Shown in pieces: positions 28,927-41,081 of a DNA stretch of 64,000 nucleotides (position 1 is its first letter; every line of letters begins with the position of its first letter). The translations under genes were made by a program, and so were the position numbers. Source of the stretch: an uncultured Ignavibacteriales bacterium (lineage in GTDB: Bacteria; Bacteroidota; Ignavibacteria; Ignavibacteriales; Ignavibacteriaceae); assembly GCA_963742995.1 (NCBI GenBank), contig CAVUOL010000075.1, forward strand, positions 59,093-123,092, given 5' to 3'. Under the pieces are notes generated by a model. That model was given only the letters and a program-made list of their open reading frames with translations. It searched no databases and was not told where the DNA came from.

Positions 28927-29026
28927 TGATTTTTATATTCAATATATTTCTTTTTTAGACTCGGTTTTTCATTGAGAATGTTGCTTATTTTTATTATTTT
29001 GTACCATTTAAAAGGAGATTTTATAA

Positions 29027-30136
29027 ATGAAATTCAAAGTAAACAGTAAAGTTTTAGAAAAACTTTTATCTAAAATAATACCGGCCGTTCCAACCCGTAC
29101 CCCTATGCCTATTTTAGAAAACTTTCTGTTTGATGTTCATGACGGTCTGCTTACTGTTAGCGCTACCGACCTTGAAATTGCCATAAGATCTTCTATCAAT
29201 GTCGCAGCAGATGAAAATATTCAGATGGTAATTCCGGCAAAACTTTTATACGATATAATTCGCTCTTTAGGTGATACTCAAATCAATTTTGAAACTGAAT
29301 CTAATTCAAAACTGAAATTATCAACGGATAACGGATTATATAATATTGGCTTTTCATCTCCTGAAGATTTTCCGGAAATACCTTCTGTACCAAAAGATAA
29401 AGAAATTACATTGAATGGAAATGATATTAAAAAAGCTATTGATCAAACTTCTTTTGCTATGAGTAAGGAAGATATGAGACCCGCTATGACCGGTACCTTG
29501 CTGGAGTTTTCGGAAGATGGTCTTAGGTTTGTTGCAACCGATGGTCATAGGTTAGTTAAATATGTTAACAAATCCTTAACTTCAGAAAAAGAAGAACAAT
29601 ATATTATTCCCGAAAGAGCTGTCTCTGTTCTTTCAAAGCAATTGTCCGATAACGATGTTAATATTTATTTAAGTAAAACAAACATTTTGGTGCATTTTGG
29701 CGATGTTGAATTCATATCAAGATTAATTGGAGAAAAATATCCTTCCTACAATAGTGTTATTCCTTTGGAAAACGAAAATATATTAAAAGTAAAAACAAAT
29801 GATATTCTTTCAACTGTTAAAAGAATGATGCTTTTTTCAACCTCAACTTCCAAGCAGGTTAAGCTATCGATCAATAATAACGACTTGGAAATATCCGCTG
29901 AAGATATTGATCATGGTTCAAATGCTAAAGAAAAAGTCTTTTGTGAATATAATGGCGACCCTATGGATATCGGGTTTAATACTTCTTATATGAACGATAT
30001 TTTATTACATATAAACAAGGATGAAGTAATTTTTAAGTTACATTCACCAACTAAAGCATGTATTATAGAACCTTTGGAAAATGATGAAAATGAAGAATTG
30101 ATGCTTCTTTTAATGCCGGTACGGTTAAATAACTAA
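29027..30136 (+). CDS. dnaN: DNA polymerase III beta sliding clamp
   Basis: 369 aa with good RBS (AAAGGAGA). Typical DnaN N-terminus (..L..L..V..AVPTRTPMPILENFLF) and C-terminus LMPVRLN. Confidence 0.95.
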   Translation: MKFKVNSKVLEKLLSKIIPAVPTRTPMPILENFLFDVHDGLLTVSATDLEIAIRSSINVAADENIQMVIPAKLLYDIIRSLGDTQINFETESNSKLKLSTDNGLYNIGFSSPEDFPEIPSVPKDKEITLNGNDIKKAIDQTSFAMSKEDMRPAMTGTLLEFSEDGLRFVATDGHRLVKYVNKSLTSEKEEQYIIPERAVSVLSKQLSDNDVNIYLSKTNILVHFGDVEFISRLIGEKYPSYNSVIPLENENILKVKTNDILSTVKRMMLFSTSTSKQVKLSINNNDLEISAEDIDHGSNAKEKVFCEYNGDPMDIGFNTSYMNDILLHINKDEVIFKLHSPTKACIIEPLENDENEELMLLLMPVRLNN

Positions 30137-30138
30137 AG

Positions 30139-31269
30139 ATGATTCTTTCCTCAATTTATCTAAAAAACTTTAGAAGCCACAAAAACACTAGCATAAATTT
30201 TTCAGATAAAATAAATTATATAGTAGGAGGAAATGGCCAGGGAAAAACATCTGTTTTGGAATCAATTTATTTTTTATGTACAACTAAAGGCTATAATTCA
30301 AAAACTGATAGTGAAGTGACTAGGTTTAACGAAAAAGAATTTGAAATTAAAGGTTCTTTTAGAGATTTAACAGAAAATAATGTGAGGGTTTATTTTTCCT
30401 TGGAAGAAAACCGTAAATATTATTTTCAAAACGATAAACAGATTAATCGTTATGTGGATGTTATTGGTAAATTTCCTGTCGTTATTCTAATTCCCGCTGA
30501 TCACTCTATTACTCAAGGTCCACCGGGTGATCGTAGAAAATTTGTCGATTCTGTTATCTCTCAATCAAGTGAAACTTATCTTAAATTATTGTTAGATTAT
30601 AATCGCACTCTCCGGCAGCGCTCTTCACTTTTAACCCGGATAAAGGAAAATAAGAAAATTTCTGCAAGCTGGAATAATGAATTGGACGCATGGACACTAA
30701 AATTGATTGATGTTGGTTCCGAAATAATCGAACACAGAATGAAATTTGTTAATGAGTTTAACTCTTATGTTGAACTTTCATATTTGAAAATAATGAAGAC
30801 TGATGAATTACCAAAAGTATACTATTTGTATTTGGAAAATGAAAAGGATAAATCTGTCGATTTGCCTATAAAAGAAATTTTTATAAATGCCTTGAAAATT
30901 AAAAAAGACGAAGAACTTAGAAGAGTCGCTAATTTGGTTGGTCCGCATAGAGATGAATTTCTTTTTGAAATTAATAATAAGGAATTAAGAACCTATGGCT
31001 CACAGGGGCAGCATAAAACTTTTCAAATTGCATTAAAGTTTGCCCAGTTTTTTTATTTAAAAGATAAGACAGGTCGAACACCGCTCTTCTTATTAGATGA
31101 TGTTTTCGGTGAACTCGATGCCCGGCGTTCATTAAAAACTAGTGAATTCTTAAGAGAAACTGGCCAGGCATTTATTACCCTTACCGATTTTTCAAATATG
31201 TCTTTTCTTAAGATTAATGAAAATGATAGTTTGATAAGATTAAATCAGGGGGAGGTCATTTATGAATAA
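30139..31269 (+). CDS. recF: DNA replication and repair protein RecF
   Basis: 376 aa. L.NFRSH.., Walker A GGNGQGKTSVLE, SMC-type signature SQGQHKT, Walker B LLDDV. Confidence 0.9.
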   Translation: MILSSIYLKNFRSHKNTSINFSDKINYIVGGNGQGKTSVLESIYFLCTTKGYNSKTDSEVTRFNEKEFEIKGSFRDLTENNVRVYFSLEENRKYYFQNDKQINRYVDVIGKFPVVILIPADHSITQGPPGDRRKFVDSVISQSSETYLKLLLDYNRTLRQRSSLLTRIKENKKISASWNNELDAWTLKLIDVGSEIIEHRMKFVNEFNSYVELSYLKIMKTDELPKVYYLYLENEKDKSVDLPIKEIFINALKIKKDEELRRVANLVGPHRDEFLFEINNKELRTYGSQGQHKTFQIALKFAQFFYLKDKTGRTPLFLLDDVFGELDARRSLKTSEFLRETGQAFITLTDFSNMSFLKINENDSLIRLNQGEVIYE

Positions 31270-31546
31270 TGATTTTGTAAGCTTGGGTGATGCAATTGAA
31301 AAAGAACCTTCCCTAAACAATTTTAGAAAAGCAATAAAAGACTTTGATATTATTATAAATTTTTATGAAATATTTAATGACTTAAAAAAAATAGCTGTAC
31401 CCAAAAAAATAAGAAATAATATTCTTTATTTGGAAGTGGAAAATTCTGTGTGGAGAAGCGAGTTAAAATTTAAAGAACAAATTATTATTGAAAAGATAAA
31501 TAACTTCGTTAAAGAAGAACGTATTAAAAAAATAAAGTTTATGTAA
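31262..31546 (+). CDS. DUF721 (DciA-like) protein
   Basis: 94 aa, overlaps the recF stop by 8 nt. ..LYLEVENSVWRSELKFKEQIIIEKIN.. fits the DUF721 pattern. Conserved position between recF and gyrB. Confidence 0.7.
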   Translation: MNNDFVSLGDAIEKEPSLNNFRKAIKDFDIIINFYEIFNDLKKIAVPKKIRNNILYLEVENSVWRSELKFKEQIIIEKINNFVKEERIKKIKFM

Positions 31547-31573
31547 ACAAATTATAAATAAAAGCTGGAATGA

Positions 31574-33559
<1,986 letters not shown>

Positions 33560-33640
33560 CTAAATAGTTCTTACAACTTATGATTGTAAATATTATTAAA
33601 ACAATAAAGAATAATTATTTTTGATTTAATAGAGTGAATT

Positions 33641-36094
33641 ATGGCAACAATTTTTGAAAAAATAGTACCCGTTTCTTTAGAAGAAGAAATGAAATCTTCT
33701 TATATCGATTATTCCATGTCTGTAATTGTAGCTAGAGCTTTGCCCGATGTGAGGGATGGATTAAAACCTGTTCATCGAAGAGTTTTATATGGAATGCATG
33801 AATTAGGAATGTCTTATAATAAACCCTATAAAAAATCTGCAAGAATTGTTGGGGAAGTGCTCGGAAAATATCATCCCCATGGTGATACTGCTGTTTATGA
33901 TTCTATGGTTAGAATGGTGCAGGATTTTTCTTTGCGCTATCCTTTGGTGGATGGCCAGGGTAACTTTGGTTCCGTTGATGGAGATTCTCCCGCTGCCATG
34001 CGGTATACTGAAGCTAGACTCGCTAGAATTTGTGAAGAAATGCTCCGTGATCTCGATAAAAATACGGTTGACTTTGCTCCTAACTTTGACGACTCTTTAC
34101 AGGAACCCGTTGTCCTTCCCTCTTATTTACCTAACCTTTTAATAAATGGCTCTAGTGGCATTGCTGTTGGAATGGCAACTAATATTCCTCCCCACAACAT
34201 TAGTGAAGTTATCGATGGACTCATTGCCTTAATAAAAAGCCCCGATATTACTCCTGAAAAACTAATGAAACTTGTAACGGCACCTGACTTTCCCACAGGA
34301 GGTATTATTTATGGATATTCCGGCGTTAAAGAAGCATACTTAACAGGACGTGGCAAAATTATAGTCAGAGCTAAAGCAAATATCGAAACTCTTAAAAATG
34401 GTCGTGAAAATATTATTATTACCGAACTTCCGTATCAGGTTAATAAAGCAAATCTCATTGAAAAAATTGCCGAATTAGTCAGAGCTAGTAAAATAAATGA
34501 CATTTCTAACATTAGAGATGAATCCGATAGGGATGGAATGCGTGTAGTCATCGAATTAAAACGTGATGCCCAGCCTCCGGTTGTCCTGAATCAGCTATTT
34601 AAACATACGCAAATGCAGACTACCTTTGGTGTTATTATGCTTGCGTTGGTTAATGGAATTCCAAAAGTGCTTACTCTTAAGGAAACAATGCAGCATTTTA
34701 TTGCTCATAGAATGGATGTTCTCATAAGAAGAACTAAATATGAACTTGATGCTGCTGAACGAAGAGCCCATATACTAGAGGGCTACATTATTGCTCTTGA
34801 TAATATTGATGAAGTAATTGACACAATTAAAAAATCTAGGGATACTGAAACTGCGAAAAATAATTTGATGAGAAAATTCAAATTATCTGAGATTCAGTCT
34901 AAAGCTATCCTCGATATGCGCTTGCAGAGATTAACCGGCCTTGAACGTAAAAAAATTGAAGATGAATACAAAGACGTGATTAAATTAATTGAAAAATTAA
35001 AGAGTATTTTGGAGAGCGAAGAGAAAAGATATCTTATAATTAAAGATGAACTTCTTTTAATTAAAGAAAGATATGGTGACGAGAGAAGAACCGAAGTTAT
35101 TCACGATTATGAAGAATTCTCCTTGGAAGATATTATTGCCGAAGAGGATGTTGTGGTTACTATTTCACACTCCGGCTTTATAAAAAGATTCCCTGTCAGT
35201 GGCTATAGAAGGCAAGGCAGAGGTGGAAAAGGTGTTACTGGTGCAGGTACTAAAGAAGATGATTTTATCGAACATATGTTTATCGCCTCGACTCATCAAT
35301 ATATTTTGTTTTTTACTGATAAAGGAAAATGCTATTGGCTTAAAGTTCATGAAATTCCCGAAGGCGGTAGAGCTACTAGAGGAAGATCAGTTGTAAATTT
35401 ATTAGAAAAAGAAAAAGATGAAAATATAACTGCTTTTGTTACTGTAAAAGAATTTAATGATACTCACTATTTGATTATGGCTACACAGCAGGGTACTATT
35501 AAAAAAACTGTCCTCTCTGCTTATGGTAATGTAAGAAAAGGCGGTATAAATGCCATAAATCTAAATAAGGATGATAAATTAATTGAAGTAAAAATGACGG
35601 ACGGAACAAATGATATTGTCCTTGGAACCAGGAATGGCTTTGCAATTAGGTTTAATGAAAAAGATGTTCGGGATATGGGTAGAGTAGCAACTGGTGTTAG
35701 AGGCGTTAAACTGGGCAAAAATGATATCGTTGTCGGTCTTCTGGTGATTAAACGACAGGGTACTGTCCTGGTAGTCACTGAAAAAGGTTATGGCAAACGT
35801 TCTGACATTAACGATTATAGAATTACAAGACGGGGCGGGAAAGGTGTGATAACTGTTAAAACAAGCGATAAAGTCGGCAAAATGATTTCATTGATGGAAG
35901 TTCAGGATAATGATGAACTCGTAATTATTTCTACTCACGGTATGGTTATAAGACAGAGCATTAGAGACCTCAGAGTAATGGGCAGGAATACTCAGGGAGT
36001 AAGAGTAATAAGGCTCAATGAAGGAGATAATATTGCCGATATTGCTAAAGTTATTTCTGAAGATGAAGAGGATGTTCCCATTGCCATTGAATAA
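33641..36094 (+). CDS. gyrA: DNA gyrase subunit A
   Basis: 817 aa. DGLKPVHRR, the QRDR region [15 protein letters not shown], the catalytic AAMRYTE tyrosine, and C-terminal beta-pinwheel repeats. Confidence 0.97.
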   Translation: MATIFEKIVPVSLEEEMKSSYIDYSMSVIVARALPDVRDGLKPVHRRVLYGMHELGMSYNKPYKKSARIVGEVLGKYHPHGDTAVYDSMVRMVQDFSLRYPLVDGQGNFGSVDGDSPAAMRYTEARLARICEEMLRDLDKNTVDFAPNFDDSLQEPVVLPSYLPNLLINGSSGIAVGMATNIPPHNISEVIDGLIALIKSPDITPEKLMKLVTAPDFPTGGIIYGYSGVKEAYLTGRGKIIVRAKANIETLKNGRENIIITELPYQVNKANLIEKIAELVRASKINDISNIRDESDRDGMRVVIELKRDAQPPVVLNQLFKHTQMQTTFGVIMLALVNGIPKVLTLKETMQHFIAHRMDVLIRRTKYELDAAERRAHILEGYIIALDNIDEVIDTIKKSRDTETAKNNLMRKFKLSEIQSKAILDMRLQRLTGLERKKIEDEYKDVIKLIEKLKSILESEEKRYLIIKDELLLIKERYGDERRTEVIHDYEEFSLEDIIAEEDVVVTISHSGFIKRFPVSGYRRQGRGGKGVTGAGTKEDDFIEHMFIASTHQYILFFTDKGKCYWLKVHEIPEGGRATRGRSVVNLLEKEKDENITAFVTVKEFNDTHYLIMATQQGTIKKTVLSAYGNVRKGGINAINLNKDDKLIEVKMTDGTNDIVLGTRNGFAIRFNEKDVRDMGRVATGVRGVKLGKNDIVVGLLVIKRQGTVLVVTEKGYGKRSDINDYRITRRGGKGVITVKTSDKVGKMISLMEVQDNDELVIISTHGMVIRQSIRDLRVMGRNTQGVRVIRLNEGDNIADIAKVISEDEEDVPIAIE

Positions 36095-36163
36095 TAATTG
36101 TCTCTATGAAAAGGTGTAATAAAATTACTATTGGTTTGGGAATCTTATCTCCTAACTAAAAAC

Positions 36164-37561
36164 TTAAAGTTCAAAAATATCTCCTTTTTTGGGGAAATAG
36201 ACTGAATGGTATCCTTTGTTGATAACCTTTTCTTTTAAAGGAAGCGCCTGCTCTTCTTCACCGTGGACAAGAAAGATATTTTTTAGCCTATTCGGAGGAG
36301 AAAATTTCAAATAATCGAGTAATCCTTTTTGATCAGCATGTGCACTGAAATAATCCATCTTTTTTATTTTGCTTTTAACTTTATACGAGTTTCCTAAAAT
36401 ATTTACCACTTCAGCCCCATCCATTATTTTTCTTGCAAGGGTTTGCTGTGCTGCATATCCTGCAAATAAAATTAGATTATTCGGGTTCTCAATATTATTT
36501 GCAAGGTGATGCAGTATCCTTCCTCCCTCTGCCATTCCCGATGCTGAAATTATCATACATGGATTTTTAATATCGTTTAACTCTTTTGATTTCTCTACAT
36601 TCCTTATGTAAGTTAGCCTGCTAAATCCAAATGGATCTTCATGGTTGTCAATAAATACCCTATATGTTTCTCTATCAAAACATTCCGGATGCGTACGGAA
36701 AACTTCCGTTGTATTTACAGCCAGCGGACTGTCAACATAAATTGGAAACTGAGGAATTCTATTTTGATTAAATAATTTGTGTAGCTCGTAAACAAGTAAT
36801 TGTGTCCTTCCAACAGCAAAAGCAGGAACAATTATTTTTCCTCCTCTTTGAATAGTTTCGTTTATAATTATGGCAACTTCTTCCTCCACTTCATTTGTAA
36901 TGGGATGCAATCTATTACCATACGTGCTTTCCATTATTAATATATCAAGATCCTGTAGAATATTAGGATCTCTTATAACCGGCATGTCCGGCCTCCCGAT
37001 ATCTCCGCTAAATCCAAGTCTTACAAATTTCCCTCTCTCTTTTATTTCTAAAACAACGCCAGCCGATCCAAGTATATGACCTGCATCTCTAAATGTAGCC
37101 GTTACATCAGGCGCTGCTTCTATTGCTTTATCATATTGCAAACCAATAAAATTTTGCATTGCTTTCTCAACATCTTCTACTGTATATAATGGTTCAAAAA
37201 GCACTTTATTATGCCTTAGTCTTTTTTTATTTACGAATTTTACGTCCCTTTCCTGTAAAAACGCAGAATCTCTAAGCATTATCTGGCAAAGATCAACCGT
37301 GGCTGAAGTAGCATAAATATGACCGGTAAAACCGTTTTTAACTATATTGGGAATGTTTCCCGTATGATCTATATGAGCATGAGATAACAGCATCGCATTA
37401 ACGTCTTTAGGTTCGAAAGGGAAGCTTTTATTTATTTCAAATGCCTCCTTCCGTTTTCCTTGATAAAGTCCGCAATCTAACAGAATCTTTTTACCGTTAA
37501 CTTCCAAAAGATGCATTGAGCCTGTTACTGTTTGTGCTGCCCCGAAAAATTGAATTTTCAA
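36164..37561 (-). CDS. MBL-fold beta-CASP family hydrolase (putative RNA-processing nuclease)
   Basis: 465 aa. The HAHIDHTG metallo-beta-lactamase motif plus beta-CASP-like downstream motifs (..ESTYG.., ..SAHAD..). Confidence 0.8.
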   Translation of the reverse strand: MKIQFFGAAQTVTGSMHLLEVNGKKILLDCGLYQGKRKEAFEINKSFPFEPKDVNAMLLSHAHIDHTGNIPNIVKNGFTGHIYATSATVDLCQIMLRDSAFLQERDVKFVNKKRLRHNKVLFEPLYTVEDVEKAMQNFIGLQYDKAIEAAPDVTATFRDAGHILGSAGVVLEIKERGKFVRLGFSGDIGRPDMPVIRDPNILQDLDILIMESTYGNRLHPITNEVEEEVAIIINETIQRGGKIIVPAFAVGRTQLLVYELHKLFNQNRIPQFPIYVDSPLAVNTTEVFRTHPECFDRETYRVFIDNHEDPFGFSRLTYIRNVEKSKELNDIKNPCMIISASGMAEGGRILHHLANNIENPNNLILFAGYAAQQTLARKIMDGAEVVNILGNSYKVKSKIKKMDYFSAHADQKGLLDYLKFSPPNRLKNIFLVHGEEEQALPLKEKVINKGYHSVYFPKKGDIFEL

Positions 37562-37645
37562 ATTGTCACCTTAAGTCCTTCAAAAAGCCGTTGCCTTTAA
37601 TGTTAAAATTATTGTCCACATAAATTTTGCTGCACACTCTTACAT

Positions 37646-37682
37646 GTCATTCTGAACCGAACGAAGTGGAGTGAAGAATCTC
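37646..37682. repeat. solo copy of the GTCATTCTGAAC..GAAGTG..AGAATCTC element
   Basis: gtcattctgaaccgaacgaagtggagtgaagaatctc is the same word as the left inner arm of the 48539-48659 palindrome, with two small insertions. Confidence 0.75.
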
Positions 37683-37843
37683 TCACTCAGTATTTCTTTC
37701 ATCAAATTATTCTACAGAATATCATAATTATATTTTTTACGCCGTTTTCTTCTATTAAATTAAATAATCTTTAATAATCTAAAAAATATTTAAAATATTT
37801 TTCTCATTGTTTCGTCTTTATTATTAGAACAAATTAAGGTTTA

Positions 37844-38389
37844 ATGACGTCGCAGGCCAAAATAGTTGAGCAGACTCTTGTAAAAGAAAGAGGCAAGTTA
37901 TTTAATTTCATTAAAAAATATGTCCCTTCTAAAGAAGATGCAGAGGACATTCTTCATGATGTCTTTTACCAGTTTATCGTAGGATTTGAAGATATTATTA
38001 TGCTCGATAGAATCTCCGGATGGCTATTTAAATCTGCTCGGAATAAAATAATTGATAACACAAGAAAGAAAAAACCTGAATATTTCTCAAAGATTGAAAA
38101 AACCTTTAATGAAGAGGATGAATATTTATCTTTTGCTGATTTACTCCCTTCATTTGATTTTTCACCTGAAGATTTATTCATTCAGGATGAATTTAATGAT
38201 GAATTCAAAAAAATACTGGATGAACTTCCCGAAGAACAAAAAAACATTTTTATTATGAATGAAATAGATGGACTTTCTTTCAAAGAGATTTCTGAAATAA
38301 CAGGCTTAAAAGTAAATACTCTTCTTTCTCGTAAACATTATGCAGTAATTCATTTACGAAATAAATTAAATAAATATTTAAATAAATAG
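37844..38389 (+). CDS. ECF-type RNA polymerase sigma-70 factor
   Basis: 181 aa. Region 2 (DAEDILHDVFYQF..) and a region 4 HTH (..LSFKEISEITGLKVNTLLSRKHYA). Confidence 0.85.
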   Translation: MTSQAKIVEQTLVKERGKLFNFIKKYVPSKEDAEDILHDVFYQFIVGFEDIIMLDRISGWLFKSARNKIIDNTRKKKPEYFSKIEKTFNEEDEYLSFADLLPSFDFSPEDLFIQDEFNDEFKKILDELPEEQKNIFIMNEIDGLSFKEISEITGLKVNTLLSRKHYAVIHLRNKLNKYLNK

Positions 38390-38397
38390 GTACAACA

Positions 38398-38700
38398 ATG
38401 AAACGACATTTTAGTAAAAGATTCTTCTTCCAAAGATTTTTCTTCATAATAGCTGTCATCGCTTTTATTTCTCTTATTATTTTACTTCTATGGAATTGGC
38501 TAATGCCTTCAATTTTTAACCTACCTGATATTAATTATCTGCAGGCTCTCGGAATTTTAATTCTCTCCAAAATTTTATTCCTGGGAATAGGTCGGCATGA
38601 TCACAGGGACCACTGCAGGGATAGAGAATATTGGAAAAAAAGATTTGAAGAAAACCAGAACCCCTTATCCGAAAAAGATAGCAATACCGGTAATTTATGA
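38398..38700 (+). CDS. small membrane protein with His/Arg-rich cytoplasmic tail (possible ECF partner)
   Basis: 100 aa, two TM helices, GRHDHRDHCRDREYWKKRF tail, 8 nt downstream of the sigma gene. Confidence 0.5.
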   Translation: MKRHFSKRFFFQRFFFIIAVIAFISLIILLLWNWLMPSIFNLPDINYLQALGILILSKILFLGIGRHDHRDHCRDREYWKKRFEENQNPLSEKDSNTGNL

Positions 38701-38782
38701 GCTTTTAATTGAAAAATCGAACCTTTTCTTATTGTGTAAAACAATCAAAGTATGAGACGTTTTAATTAGGAAGGAGTTAATA

Positions 38783-38998
38783 ATGGAAATGTTAATTCTT
38801 AAAACAAATATAAATTCTAAGTTTGATTTTAAAAGAGTCAGGCATTCGTTAAATAATACTTTCAAAATCAATGAGTGTACAGTTGACCTTGGAGATAGGG
38901 ATAAAGTGCTAAGGGTTGTTGGAAATGAACTGAGTATGGAAAATGTTATAAATAGAGTCAAAAATTTAGGTTATAATTGCGAAGATTTGACATATTGA
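38783..38998 (+). CDS. small hypothetical protein (ferredoxin/HMA-like pattern without CxxC)
   Basis: 71-aa ORF with GGAAGGAG RBS-like sequence upstream. No motif recognised with certainty. Confidence 0.4.
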   Translation: MEMLILKTNINSKFDFKRVRHSLNNTFKINECTVDLGDRDKVLRVVGNELSMENVINRVKNLGYNCEDLTY

Positions 38999-39173
38999 AA
39001 GAAAATTCCTTAAAATTTCAATATAAAAAACTCCCTTAAAAAAGGGGACAAATTTATTATTTAAGTATTTTTAATAATGTGCGTGTGCATGTGTTTGTGA
39101 TTGAACCACTCTTAGGTGTTGTGCAATGTTCCAAATAGCTAATAATTGTAATCTGTTTAACAAAATAACTTTG

Positions 39174-39962
39174 CTATACCCTGTTTAAAAAAAGTAATAT
39201 CTTTTCGTTTACAAACTTAGGATTCTCAATGGGTGACATATGCCCTGATGCAGGAACAATATAAAATTCTGAATTGGAAATTTTATCTGAAATTCCTTTC
39301 ATAATAGCAGGCGGGGTAAGCTTATCGTTCTCACCGCATAGTATTAATGTGGGTATTTTTATTTGAGATAAATACGGAGAAGTGTCTGTCCTTCCTGCCA
39401 TCGCTAGAAGGCATCCTTTTACTCCCAAAGGATCGAAGCCTAAGGAATGTTCTACAATCTTATTATATTCACTGGAATGCCTTTTCTGAAATTCTTCTGA
39501 GAAACAGTTTTTTATAAAATCAGGAATAAAGCTCTTCAAACCTTCTTCATTTATCTTCCTAATGCCCTCTGCTCGTTTTAGTTTTGTTTCGTTATTATCT
39601 GCTTCCGGTTTCGTATCACACAAAATTATCCCCCTAAATTTATCTTCCATTTTTTCAATTGCTCTAAAGGCTATATATCCGCCCATCGACAAACCGCAAA
39701 GTATTGGCTTTTTTAAATCAAGTTCTTTAATGATTAATAAAATATCTTCAACAAATGCCTCGATAGTATATTGTCCGTCTCCGGAAGAAGATTCTCCTAA
39801 ACCTCTTATATCATAAGTGATACAATAATAATCCGAATTAAATTCTTTTGTTTGCTCTTTCCACATATTATGATCAAATGGAAATCCGTGAACAAATAAA
39901 ATAGACCGTGACTTGCCGTTACCGCTTTCAAAAATTTTAATATTCTCCATAATAAATTTCAT
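39174..39962 (-). CDS. alpha/beta-fold hydrolase
   Basis: 262 aa. Oxyanion HGFPF, nucleophile elbow GLSMGG, C-terminal SGHMSPIE histidine motif. Confidence 0.8.
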   Translation of the reverse strand: MKFIMENIKIFESGNGKSRSILFVHGFPFDHNMWKEQTKEFNSDYYCITYDIRGLGESSSGDGQYTIEAFVEDILLIIKELDLKKPILCGLSMGGYIAFRAIEKMEDKFRGIILCDTKPEADNNETKLKRAEGIRKINEEGLKSFIPDFIKNCFSEEFQKRHSSEYNKIVEHSLGFDPLGVKGCLLAMAGRTDTSPYLSQIKIPTLILCGENDKLTPPAIMKGISDKISNSEFYIVPASGHMSPIENPKFVNEKILLFLNRV

Positions 39963-40027
39963 TGTTTATTTTTATATATTGCTCTGTTTTAATTTTTATA
40001 AACCCCAATAAAATAAGGAATTGACTA

Positions 40028-40876
40028 ATGAAAAAAAAATTAACATTAACATGTACTCTTACTTTTTTATTTGCTTTTTATTCTTACTCGCAGCAAGATT
40101 CTATTAAGCTAAATACATGGTTGCCCACAGCAGCCGCTGGATTAAATATAAGTCAATTGGCTCTTAGCAATTGGACACAGGGGGGTGAAAATTCTCTTAC
40201 CTGGACTTTGGTGGGTAATGGTGGCTTGGTTTATAAATCCACTGAATTGACATTTAAAAATAATCTTAAATTTGCCTATGGAAGAACTAAATTGGGAGGT
40301 AGTGAATTCAGAACTAATGATAATGAATTGTATCTTGAATCCGTACTTTCTAAAAATATTACTTGGATTGTTGATCCCTATTTTAGCAATACTGTAAGAA
40401 CTCCAATTGGTGTTGGATATTCTTATGATACCAATCCCCCTACGGAAATTGCTGCTTTCTTCGATCCTGGATATCTGTCCCAAAGTATCGGTTTTACATA
40501 TCAAAAAGAAAAAACTTTTAACACTCGTTTAGGCTTGGCAGTTCAGGAAACCTTTACAAAAAATAATACTCAATTTTCTGACGATCCGAATACAACAAAA
40601 ATTGAAAAGTTTAAAGCAGAAACCGGTATTGAGGAAGTCTCTGATTTAGAATATATTCTTGCTCAAAATCTGCTCTTAAAAAGTAATCTTAGACTATTTA
40701 CCAGGTTTAAAAGTCTCGATGTTTGGGATGTCAGATGGGATAATGCAATTGTGGCAAAAGTAAATGATTTTCTGAACGTAAGTCTTAGCTACCTCCTGAT
40801 CTATCAAAAAGATCAATCTGTAAAAACACAAATGAAAGAAGGGCTTCAACTGGGTTTAGTTTATACTCTCCTCTAA
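40028..40876 (+). CDS. DUF3078 outer-membrane beta-barrel protein (paralog 1)
   Basis: 282 aa with signal peptide. NISQLALSNWTQGGENSLTWTLVGNGG.. is the DUF3078 hallmark as I recall it. Confidence 0.75.
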   Translation: MKKKLTLTCTLTFLFAFYSYSQQDSIKLNTWLPTAAAGLNISQLALSNWTQGGENSLTWTLVGNGGLVYKSTELTFKNNLKFAYGRTKLGGSEFRTNDNELYLESVLSKNITWIVDPYFSNTVRTPIGVGYSYDTNPPTEIAAFFDPGYLSQSIGFTYQKEKTFNTRLGLAVQETFTKNNTQFSDDPNTTKIEKFKAETGIEEVSDLEYILAQNLLLKSNLRLFTRFKSLDVWDVRWDNAIVAKVNDFLNVSLSYLLIYQKDQSVKTQMKEGLQLGLVYTLL

Positions 40877-40883
40877 TTATCTG

Positions 40884-40918
40884 AAAAAGGAGAGAATATT
40901 ATATGTCTCTCCTTTTTT
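40884..40918. terminator. rho-independent terminator (A-run / hairpin / T-run)
   Basis: GGAGAGA (40889-40895) pairs with TCTCTCC (40906-40912). Flanked by AAAAA and TTTTTT. Confidence 0.7.
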
Positions 40919-41081
40919 CAATAATTCTATGCCGATGTTATCAAAAATTCTCTGTATGCCTGCCATAACTTGAAAAGTAATAAGAATATGTTTTATTGTC
41001 TCTGAAAAATTTATTTTATATTAAATAATTTAAATGATAATTGAGCTGTTATTCTTTTTTCCCAACTATAGTGAGAAAAAA

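Noticed and set aside
33846-35778. Alternative-frame ORFs inside gyrA (33846..34142 +, 35165..35350 -, 35199..35396 +, 35521..35778 -); similar ORFs occur inside gyrB, ligA, rodZ-like and rsmB
   Set aside because: They are embedded in strongly conserved genes, and their translations are featureless.
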